A stretch of DNA of 62,837 nt, filler included, from an uncultured bacterium (GTDB taxonomy: Bacteria > Hinthialibacterota > Hinthialibacteria > Hinthialibacterales > Hinthialibacteraceae), in assembly GCA_964449065.1 (NCBI GenBank). It is 5 parts of 5 records of this genome, joined end to end, with 100 filler letters (N's around TTAATTAATTAA, not from the genome) between each part and the next. Parts side by side here need not be neighbours in the genome. Positions count along the whole stretch, not along the records: positions 12,724 to 25,215 come from CAYVAZ010000143.1; positions 25,316 to 37,762 come from CAYVAZ010000144.1; 3 more parts are not named here. The stretch is one strand, 5' to 3'. Shown one piece after another: positions 22,142 through 30,140 of this stretch. The notes beneath the pieces were generated by a model that was not told the DNA's origin, did no database searches, and saw nothing but the letters and a program-made list of their open reading frames with translations. Every line of letters begins with the position of its first letter. The first letter of the stretch is position 1. The position numbers and the translations under genes are program-made.

Positions 22142-22234
22142 CTGTTTCTTAGGGTGCAGAGTTCAAAGTCGGATCATTGGTTGCGCGCTGAATCAAGATC
22201 CTCTTCCGGATTGCTGTTTTTGTTCTACAAGAGA

Positions 22235-23311
22235 TTATTCCCCCAGGGCGCGTTGGCGTTTCATCTCTTGTTTGTTCTTTACGTGCTCGTCGTGGGTGTT
22301 GGCGAAGAGGGTTGTACCATCCGGTAATGAGAGGAAGTAGAGATAATCGGTATCCGCTGGAAACATGGCGGCTCGGAGCGCGCTTCTGCCGGGGTTGCCG
22401 ATTGCGGAGGGCGGCAATCCTGTATTCACATAGGTATTATAAGGGTGATCTTCCTGCAAATCTTCCTTGGTCAGTTCTTGGCTGGATTTTCCGGTGTAGT
22501 AATAAAGCGACGCGTCCGTTTGCAAGGGCATATTTTTCTGTAAGCGGTTTACGAAAACCGAAGCGACTTTGGGGCGGTCTTCTTCCTTGGCTACTTCCCG
22601 TTCGATGATGGATGCCAGCACAACCACATCGTGCATGTTCTTTTTGGTGGCTTGTTCGCCGGGACGCCACCAGTAGTCTTCATCCGGATTTTCAAGAGCA
22701 ACGGTCATTATTTCTTCCCACACGGTGTTAAAGCGGCTGACCATGCGGTTGACGATGCGTTCGGCGGGGGTGTTTTTAATGAATTTGTAGGTATCCGGAA
22801 AGAGGACGCCTTCAAGCGCCGCGTTGCCGCCATCCGGGGCCTGTACAATAACGAAGGGAAAGACATCGCTGCGGGTGTGGCATTCGGCAAAGAAGTCTTC
22901 TTTGGAACAAATGCCCGTAGTATCATAGCGGGCCGCGATTTGGCCTTGTGTCCATCCTTCGGGGATGACAATGCTGTGCCGGTAATTCCAGCCGATGGCG
23001 AATAAATCCATGATTTCAGCAGGAGTAGAGGCGCCGCGAATCATATATTCACCGGCTTTCAGTTTATCGGCGAAACCGCGCAGGTCTGCCATGACGACAA
23101 ACATATTGGGGTTATCCACGACTCCTTCTTCAACCAACTGATTGGCGATATCTTTGGCGGACTTTCCTTCTTCGATGGTTATAATAAAGTCATCTTCAGG
23201 AGATTGTCCCCAAGGACGGTTCATCACTGTGATTTGGGTATAGGTGAAGTAACCCAAAAATCCAATCAATACTATTAAAAATAAAAAGACACCGATGACC
23301 AATCGCTTCAT
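22235..23311 (-). CDS. mltG: Endolytic transglycosylase MltG
   Basis: N-terminal TM, IPEG, LEGVLFPDTY, LASIIERE, VFVNRL, LQTD, YNTY..GLPP. Confidence 0.95.
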   Translation of the reverse strand: MKRLVIGVFLFLIVLIGFLGYFTYTQITVMNRPWGQSPEDDFIITIEEGKSAKDIANQLVEEGVVDNPNMFVVMADLRGFADKLKAGEYMIRGASTPAEIMDLFAIGWNYRHSIVIPEGWTQGQIAARYDTTGICSKEDFFAECHTRSDVFPFVIVQAPDGGNAALEGVLFPDTYKFIKNTPAERIVNRMVSRFNTVWEEIMTVALENPDEDYWWRPGEQATKKNMHDVVVLASIIEREVAKEEDRPKVASVFVNRLQKNMPLQTDASLYYYTGKSSQELTKEDLQEDHPYNTYVNTGLPPSAIGNPGRSALRAAMFPADTDYLYFLSLPDGTTLFANTHDEHVKNKQEMKRQRALGE

Positions 23312-23510
23312 TGTTCCGCTCCATACATGGCATTCATTTCAATTCAATACAGCTTTTGAACGGTACCCGTTATCATTTCTAGAGTTAACATATCATAGCC
23401 AATTTGGTTATTCACACAATATTATGCCAGCCAATCCGTTAGGAAACCAAGTGAATTCGGGTAAAATCTTGTAAATTTATTTCAACAACGATTGTTTTTC
23501 ATGAAAGGTT

Positions 23511-24905
23511 ATGCTTGTGGAAAAGGCAATTCAATACATCAGCGATCACCAGGACCGGTTTCTTTCTGAATTGGTTGAGTTTTTGAAGATTCCCAGCGTG
23601 AGCACGAAAACGGAGCATAAGGAAGACTGTGAAATCGCGGCGGAGTATTTATGGCATGAGTTGAAGGTTCATGATGTGAATGCGGAAATCATTCATACCG
23701 ACGGAAATCCTATCGTTTATGGGAGACATCACTCCGGGGATGATAAACCCACCGTGTTGGTATATGGGCATTATGATGTGCAGCCTCCCGAACCGCTGGA
23801 ACTTTGGGAGACACCTCCGTTTGAGCCGACAATACGCGATGGGAAGATTTACGCCCGCGGGGCAACCGACAACAAGGGACAGATTTACGCGCACTTGAAG
23901 GCTTTGGATGCGCTGCGCAATTCCGGAGAAGACATTCCGGTCAATATCATTTATTTGATAGAAGGCGAAGAAGAAATTGCCAGTGACACGCTGGAGAAAT
24001 TTATTCAAGAGAACCAAGAGAAGTTACAATGCGATGTGGTGCTGATTAGCGATACCGCTCAATATCAAAAAGGGATTCCTTGCATTTGTTACGGGTTACG
24101 GGGGATCCATGCGGTGGAGTTGCTGGTGGAAAACGCGAAAAGCGATTTGCATTCGGGGCAGTTTGGGGGGACGATCGCGAATCCGCTGGAAGTGTTGTGT
24201 CAAATCATTGCCCGAATGAAGGATGAAACAGGGAGGATTCTGATTCCTGGATTTTATGATGACGTGAAACCGTTGGAGGACTGGGAGCGGAATGCTTTGG
24301 CGCAACTGCCGTGGAGCGATGAGCAGTACAAAAACGAACTGGGCGTAACGGAACTGTTTGGCGAAGAAGGATATACCACGATAGAACGCAAAGGCGCGCG
24401 GCCTACCTTTGAGATCAACGGAATTTATGGCGGGTATCAGGGAGAGGGCGGTAAGACGGTATTGCCGTCTTCTGCCGGGGCCAAGATTACGATGCGGTTG
24501 GTAGCAAATCAGACACCGGATTTGATTGGGAAACGGTTTGAAGAATATGTACGGGAAATTGCCCCGAATACGGTGACGATAACGGTCAAACATCAAGGGG
24601 GAGGGAATCCCGTGTTTATCCCGAAAGATTCGCCTTATATGGAAACAGCGGTTAATGCCTTGCGAAATGGTTTTGACGCGGAGCCGGTGTTTATTCGGGA
24701 AGGCGGATCGATACCTGTGGTGTCCGCGTTGTCGGAAATGCTGAATGTGGATGCGATTTTAATTGGCTTTGGGCTGCCGGATGATAACCTTCATGCACCG
24801 AACGAGAAGTTTGATTTAGAATGTTTTTATAACGGAATCAAGACCGCGGCTTGGTTTTTGAAAACCGTTAAAAAACGGATTGGATTGATTCAGAAATCCC
24901 ACTAA
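23511..24905 (+). CDS. M20-family dipeptidase
   Basis: YGHYDVQP, ARGATDNKG, IEGEEE, DLHSG, GGSIP, HAPNE. Confidence 0.93.
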   Translation: MLVEKAIQYISDHQDRFLSELVEFLKIPSVSTKTEHKEDCEIAAEYLWHELKVHDVNAEIIHTDGNPIVYGRHHSGDDKPTVLVYGHYDVQPPEPLELWETPPFEPTIRDGKIYARGATDNKGQIYAHLKALDALRNSGEDIPVNIIYLIEGEEEIASDTLEKFIQENQEKLQCDVVLISDTAQYQKGIPCICYGLRGIHAVELLVENAKSDLHSGQFGGTIANPLEVLCQIIARMKDETGRILIPGFYDDVKPLEDWERNALAQLPWSDEQYKNELGVTELFGEEGYTTIERKGARPTFEINGIYGGYQGEGGKTVLPSSAGAKITMRLVANQTPDLIGKRFEEYVREIAPNTVTITVKHQGGGNPVFIPKDSPYMETAVNALRNGFDAEPVFIREGGSIPVVSALSEMLNVDAILIGFGLPDDNLHAPNEKFDLECFYNGIKTAAWFLKTVKKRIGLIQKSH

Positions 24906-25019
24906 ACGGAAAGCGTTCTCATTGTTATTTAAGATTGTTCTGACAGAAAACCGTTCCGTCATTTGTTTACAAAGGCTTACTATTGCGTTTTTTTAAAGCG
25001 TCAAAAAATAAAGGACATT

Positions 25020-25082
25020 ATCCCAAGTTGCAATAAGAATGTTTGTTCATATAGAGCAAGCGTAGATGATCAAATTGGGCTA
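25020..25082 (-). mobile_element. MITE family C fragment interrupted by MITE A
   Basis: Matches the reverse complement of about 6553-6615 and stops at GGGCTA where MITE A begins. Confidence 0.7.
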
Positions 25083-25215
25083 GTAGTCTGTCCATCAAAC
25101 AATGACGGCTGGTTATCCGTTGTTGCCACCCTTGATAAGGGGGGGGTAGGGGGCAATGTCATTGACTGAAGGAAATTAACCTGAAAAACAACGCTTTGTC
25201 TCCCCCAAAGCATTT
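25083..25215 (+). mobile_element. MITE family A variant, truncated at contig end
   Basis: TA|GTAGTCTGTCCATCAAACAATGACGGCTGGTTATCCGTTGTTGCC..CTTGATAAGGGGGG. Confidence 0.8.
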
Positions 25216-25315
25216 NNNNNNNNNNNNNNNNNNNNNNNNNNNNNNNNNNNNNNNNNNNNTTAATTAATTAANNNNNNNNNNNNNNNNNNNNNNNNNNNNN
25301 NNNNNNNNNNNNNNN
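25216..25315. other. Artificial contig linker
   Basis: N44-TTAATTAATTAA-N44. Confidence 0.97.
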
Positions 25316-25411
25316 TAACAAACCCCTTTTTTAGCAATATTAGATCATCAGTTGCGTAACATCAGTTACTTAATTCGCATTCATTCGAGTCCATTCGCGG
25401 TTCCAAATACC

Positions 25412-26185
25412 TCACTCAAAATCCAACTTCGAGGCCGCCGGCACATCCAGCCATAGATAAGCGTTTTGATGCGTGCGCAAAATCGATGCCGGGCAGGTGG
25501 TTTCCACCGGGCCGTTGAGCGCGTTATACACCGCTTCCGATTTCCGCTCATCCGGCACCACACAACTGATGCACTGCGCGTGCATAATGCTGGGCACCGT
25601 CAGCGTAAGGGCATGAGTCGGCACCGCTTCCATCGTATCAAACCAGCCCTCGCCGTACTGCTGCTTGCGGCAGGCTTCATCCAGCTCCACAATCTTCACC
25701 GCATTGGGGTCGTTGAAGTCCGCCACCGGGGGGTCGTTAAACGCGATATGGCCGTTTTCTCCAATACCGATGCAGGCGATATGGATATCCCCTTCTTCCA
25801 GCAATTGCGAATAGCGCCCGCATTCCGCTTCCAAATTATCCGCGTCGGTGTTGAGGTAGTGCACTTCCGCCGGTTTCACAATATCGAATAAGCGTTCTTT
25901 CAAATACTTGCGGAAACTGGCGGGATGGTTAATCGGTAGATTAACATACTCATCCAAGTGAAAGGCCTGAACATTTTCCCAAGCAAGGTCTTCTTCCACC
26001 AGCGCTTGCAAAAACTCAAACTGCGACGCGCCCGTCGCGAAGATAACCCGCGCGGTTTTATAATGGTCTATCGCGTCCCGAATTTTTTGCGCCGAAAACC
26101 GCGCGGCGGCCTGCCCCAGTTTGTGTTTATCGGCAAATACGTTGACTTCCATGTTATAGATGGTTTTTGATTTCAGTGGCTCCAT
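25412..26185 (-). CDS. nagB: Glucosamine-6-phosphate deaminase family
   Basis: FATGASQ, FHLDEY, GIGENGHIAFNDP, CPASIL; ATG with GAGG RBS. Confidence 0.88.
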   Translation of the reverse strand: MEPLKSKTIYNMEVNVFADKHKLGQAAARFSAQKIRDAIDHYKTARVIFATGASQFEFLQALVEEDLAWENVQAFHLDEYVNLPINHPASFRKYLKERLFDIVKPAEVHYLNTDADNLEAECGRYSQLLEEGDIHIACIGIGENGHIAFNDPPVADFNDPNAVKIVELDEACRKQQYGEGWFDTMEAVPTHALTLTVPSIMHAQCISCVVPDERKSEAVYNALNGPVETTCPASILRTHQNAYLWLDVPAASKLDFE

Positions 26186-26392
26186 GTGTGCATCCTCACT
26201 CCATAGCAGATTTTCAAGAAACATAGCATAGATTTGACAGGATGGAAATGATACTTGGACGTTTATGATTCTCGGACGTTTATTTTTGCCGTGATTTTGA
26301 TCCGGTTGGCAAAGTGCTCTTTCTAAAAATGCTTTCCAAAAATGCGGTTGAATTTGACATTATTTAAATATACGCTTCTGATGTACACTTTA

Positions 26393-26483
26393 GAGCGTTT
26401 CAGAGTTGAATAGCCGGGCAGCACCGGCTTCCAGCCGGTACATGTATGTACACTTTGTACCTCTACGCAAACCTGAATTGCTC
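26393..26483. mobile_element. MITE family B (91 bp), TA-flanked, abutting the antitoxin RBS
   Basis: TA|GAGCGTTTCAG...CTGAATTGCTC|TA GGAG..ATG. Confidence 0.85.
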
Positions 26484-26496
26484 TAGGAGAATTTGA

Positions 26497-26748
26497 ATGA
26501 AAGCAACCATTTTGGATTTGCGGCACAAAATGAAAGAGATATTGAAAGCGCTGGAGCGTAATGAGAACGTAACGCTAACCCACCGGGGCAAAGAAAAGGG
26601 AATCATTACACCGGTACAAAAGCAAGACGATGCACAAAAATCATCCGCCAGCCACCCTGCATTCGGATTGTGGAACGAACGCGAAGAGACTGACAATGTC
26701 GGTGAATATGTCCGTCAGCTTCGCAAAGGGCGTTTTGATGATCTATGA
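26497..26748 (+). CDS. Phd/YefM-like antitoxin (VapB role)
   Basis: MKATILDLR..ILKALERNENVTLTHRGK; overlaps the downstream PIN gene. Confidence 0.8.
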   Translation: MKATILDLRHKMKEILKALERNENVTLTHRGKEKGIITPVQKQDDAQKSSASHPAFGLWNEREETDNVGEYVRQLRKGRFDDL

Positions 26749-27118
26749 TACCGATATTCTAATCTGGTATTTACGCGGAAACCGCAAAGCAGCCAATGCG
26801 GTGGATAAAGCCGATAACCGTTTGATATCAACCATCACATACCTTGAAATGCTGCAAGGGATGAAAAGCCAACGTGAATTAAAAATTATCCGGGATTTTT
26901 TGTTCCAGTACGCGTTTCAAATCCTGCCGCTGCATGAAAACACCGGTCACCGCGCCGCCGTGTATATGGAACAGTATGCTTTGACTCACGGTATTCATTT
27001 GGCCGATGCACTCATCGCGGCTACGGCAGTTGAAACCAACGAAATGTTATTCACCGCCAACAATAAACATTATGCCATGATCAAGGAATTGCAGTTAAAA
27101 ATCTTTCGGCCTGCATAA
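26738..27118 (+). CDS. vapC: VapC PIN-domain toxin, intact
   Basis: MIYDTDIL, YLE, LADALIAATA, LFTANNKHY. Confidence 0.9.
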   Translation: MIYDTDILIWYLRGNRKAANAVDKADNRLISTITYLEMLQGMKSQRELKIIRDFLFQYAFQILPLHENTGHRAAVYMEQYALTHGIHLADALIAATAVETNEMLFTANNKHYAMIKELQLKIFRPA

Positions 27119-27128
27119 TCTCAATTTT

Positions 27129-28022
27129 TCACGCCTCTACATAAAACAACGCGATTGCGGCAGCCATAAGTATCCCCGCGAAAATGCGCCGCGTCAGCAC
27201 GCCGCTCTCAACCTTCTCTTCCACATGCACATGCCCCAAATGCGAAATCAGCCAGCCCATTAAGATTGAGATAATCCCCCGCGACGACTGCACGATATTG
27301 CCGAAGACCACTCCAATCGTCCCGAAGCAAGCGAACAGGAAGAACATCGCGAAGAACCACGTGATAGAAAACGGCAGCGTGTCCATCCACATTTTTGGGG
27401 TACGGGCAGGCAAATAGCGGATAGCAGCCACGGCAACGATCCCGCAAAAGGTGTAGTTCAAACACACGGTCAGCACCGAGGCATAAAACAACCCGCTTTC
27501 GGCAAATTCCAGCACCAGCGCGCGGATGCTGACATCGGAAAGCGCGTAGCAAAAGCAGGCGGTCATCACCCCGGCGATGCTTTTGCCGGCCATGCTTCCG
27601 CCCGACCCGTTCAAAATAAACGCCGCCAGGATACTGAAAAACACCGCGCCCCATTGCAGCAGGGAAAGCATCTCTCCCCAAACGAGAAGGCTCAGCAGCG
27701 CAAGGATAAACACCTTTAAACTCAGCAAGGGAGCGGCGCGCGAGGCGGCGGTAAATTTCAAAGACAAAAACAGGGCGGTTTGCGCGATGATATAACAGAT
27801 CGACATCCCCAAAACCGGCAGCAGCAAATCACTCCATGCCGGGGGATCATCAGGCCAGATAAAGGGAAGAATCACCGCGGACAGCGCCCCCATAATAATA
27901 TGCGAGATCGCCATCAAATTCAGCGAACTGCTTTGATGGCGGTGCAAATACACCCGCGACGCGACATAGGCTGATGATTGCAATGTAGCGGCAATAAGGC
28001 CGAGGAAGATACCAAGGATCAT
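27129..28022 (-). CDS. EamA/DMT-family transporter
   Basis: About 10 TM segments in two repeats, 297 aa. Confidence 0.75.
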   Translation of the reverse strand: MILGIFLGLIAATLQSSAYVASRVYLHRHQSSSLNLMAISHIIMGALSAVILPFIWPDDPPAWSDLLLPVLGMSICYIIAQTALFLSLKFTAASRAAPLLSLKVFILALLSLLVWGEMLSLLQWGAVFFSILAAFILNGSGGSMAGKSIAGVMTACFCYALSDVSIRALVLEFAESGLFYASVLTVCLNYTFCGIVAVAAIRYLPARTPKMWMDTLPFSITWFFAMFFLFACFGTIGVVFGNIVQSSRGIISILMGWLISHLGHVHVEEKVESGVLTRRIFAGILMAAAIALFYVEA

Positions 28023-28071
28023 GGATAAATGCTCTTTAGTGGGTTGGATGGTTCAATAAAATGAATCCATA

Positions 28072-28377
28072 TCAGGTTAACTTCTGCGGGGTGAGACGGT
28101 AGCCCATTGCTTGCAGGATTGCGTTCATACTTTCGAATTTTGGATTGCCCGTTTGAGATAAGGCTTTTTGCAGACCTTTGCGTGTCATTCCCGCCGCTTC
28201 GGCGGTAGCGGTTATGCCCTTCACACGGGTGATGACGCGAAGTGATGACAGCAAGGCACCTATATCCCGGTCTTTCGCATATTCATCGAAGATTACATTC
28301 AAATAGTCTTCCACTTCATCCGGATGATCATGAAAATATTCTTCTTCCACTTCATCCAGCGTCCGCAATTTACGCAT
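28072..28377 (-). CDS. Addiction-module antidote protein (HI1420-like HTH), orphan
   Basis: VEDYLN..GALLSSLR..KGITATAEAAGMTRKGLQKALSQTGNPKFES. Confidence 0.85.
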   Translation of the reverse strand: MRKLRTLDEVEEEYFHDHPDEVEDYLNVIFDEYAKDRDIGALLSSLRVITRVKGITATAEAAGMTRKGLQKALSQTGNPKFESMNAILQAMGYRLTPQKLT

Positions 28378-28396
28378 GGTCTTTATATTCCTTCCA
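28370..28396 (-). pseudogene. Probable 3' stub of a deleted addiction-module killer toxin
   Basis: Codons WKEYKDHA* overlap the antidote ATG and resemble killer-protein C-termini; no toxin ORF upstream. Confidence 0.5.
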
Positions 28397-28404
28397 TAAG
28401 AAAG

Positions 28405-28413
28405 ATTATACCA
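28405..28413 (-). promoter_or_regulatory. Extended -10 element TGGTATAAT for the antidote gene
   Basis: Perfect TGnTATAAT about 28 nt upstream of the ATG. Confidence 0.6.
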
Positions 28414-28492
28414 TGATCCAGGATATTCAACATCGGTTAGGCTTGAACCGGTGGTTCTTAAGGACGTGATCCACCCTACATTTTGTTCTATT

Positions 28493-28622
28493 TTAATCAG
28501 TCAACATCGTTTCACTCTCTGCTGCCTCCATCACCGCCTCCCGGCTGATCGGCGCGCGACGCGACATAGGCTGATGATTGCAATGTAGCGGCAACAAGGC
28601 CGAGGAAGATGCCTAGGAACAT
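28493..28622 (-). pseudogene. Chimeric remnant: eamA 5' end joined to acylase 3' end
   Basis: 28555-28622 matches 27955-28022 (64/68); 28525-28556 matches 30173-30204 (32/32) and continues AAESETMLTD*. Confidence 0.9.
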
Positions 28623-28626
28623 ATAA

Positions 28627-30099
28627 CTAAATTTGTCGTCTCCATTGATCCAAGCCCGCAATAATTGCTTTTTCTAACCATTCTTCATACCTTTTCTTTA
28701 TGGATGTAGGATCTTCTTTATAAGAAAACTGAAATATTTCATCCGTAAGCGAATAAGGGCCATCAATACTTTTCGTCAAATTTGATTCATCATCACGATC
28801 TCTGTAATCTATAAACGCAGAAACCGCCATAATCCCTAAAAATTCAACTCCTAAAGAGTGAAAACATACCATGATTTCTACTTGTCGATCTTCTATAATT
28901 TTTAATCTAACCCATTTTGCGTAGGATCTTGTATCAGCAAAATAATTTAAATCTTTCGCGATTTTTACTATCTGAGATTTAAACCAATAATGATTGGATA
29001 TATCGCTGCTTTCAGTTACTGCTCTGTAGTTACTTCCAATATTATTTAACTTTTCTTGTAACTTTTCAGCGGTTTTTTCTAATCTCATTTTGGTATAATC
29101 TTCAACAATTGAAGATTTAAAAGTTACGGTTTCTTGTTCTTTCTTTTCCCGTTTTTTCTTTTCCATTATGACTTGTATAGCAGTATCAATGACAATGGTT
29201 TCATTTTCACTTTTATGGAGGAGAGTTTCCGAAAGACTAAGTGCTTTAACAAAAGACTTTTTTTGGATTTTAGCAAATAAATTGATTAATGGATTTAAAT
29301 TACCTTGGTCTGCATTTTCGCATGCTTCTATGTACTCTAACCTTTGATCTCTATGTACAACTAAGGGAAACCATCCTGCTTTTATGAATACAAGTGATGC
29401 AAGACATCTTGCAACTCTTCCGTTTCCATCTTGAAATGGATGGATTTGGGTGAATTTGTGATGTAACCAAGCAGATTGTATTTCTGGTGAAATAGACAAT
29501 TCTTGATGATATTTATGCAATTCAACTAAACGGTCCATTTCACTTTCAACATGTTCTGGCGGACAGTATTCATGAATCACTCCATTATCATGTCTTCTTG
29601 GGTTGTTGGACATTTTCTTCCAGTCACCCTTAATTAAATCTATTTCAATTCGCCTGCCAAGTTGGTCAATTGCTTCAGTTTTATGCTGATTTAAAGTAAG
29701 TAATGAATGCAATTCTTTGATGAAAGATTTTGTTAGTCCTCGTTTATTAGATACATGATCAAAAAGCATTTCTAAAGCATTTTTTTGATCGGTTAAAATT
29801 GAAATAACTAGATCTGCAGGTTTATCGGTTGAACCATGAGGGATTAGGCTTGTTTCGAAACCACTTTGAATCAAAACTTCAGTAGTTCCTCTATCTAAGG
29901 AATAAAGATTTTCAATAACACCAGTCTCTATTGCCCATTCTCTTTTAAGTTTTTCGTGAAATTCTTTTATAACATCGCTTTTTTTTAATCTGGCAGATTG
30001 TTCAATCCATATTTGACTCAAACCAGTAAGCTCAGTATTTTCTGTTTTCATCAAATCGGTTGGTAATTCCTCAAAATGTTTCCACTTAGAAGAACTCAT
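28627..30099 (-). CDS. Fic-domain protein (class II-like), AT-rich
   Basis: HPFQDGNGRVAR Fic motif; N-terminal TGVIEN matches the (S/T)xxxE(G/N) inhibitory motif. Confidence 0.92.
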   Translation of the reverse strand: MSSSKWKHFEELPTDLMKTENTELTGLSQIWIEQSARLKKSDVIKEFHEKLKREWAIETGVIENLYSLDRGTTEVLIQSGFETSLIPHGSTDKPADLVISILTDQKNALEMLFDHVSNKRGLTKSFIKELHSLLTLNQHKTEAIDQLGRRIEIDLIKGDWKKMSNNPRRHDNGVIHEYCPPEHVESEMDRLVELHKYHQELSISPEIQSAWLHHKFTQIHPFQDGNGRVARCLASLVFIKAGWFPLVVHRDQRLEYIEACENADQGNLNPLINLFAKIQKKSFVKALSLSETLLHKSENETIVIDTAIQVIMEKKKREKKEQETVTFKSSIVEDYTKMRLEKTAEKLQEKLNNIGSNYRAVTESSDISNHYWFKSQIVKIAKDLNYFADTRSYAKWVRLKIIEDRQVEIMVCFHSLGVEFLGIMAVSAFIDYRDRDDESNLTKSIDGPYSLTDEIFQFSYKEDPTSIKKRYEEWLEKAIIAGLDQWRRQI

Positions 30100-30140
30100 T
30101 GAAAACTCCTATAAAGTCAATATTCATAAAATATTGTAAT

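Noticed and set aside
28502..28622. Functional in-frame eamA-acylase fusion peptide
   Set aside because: The junction is out of frame: the eamA frame reads ..YVASRADQPGGGDGGSRE* and does not enter the acylase frame.
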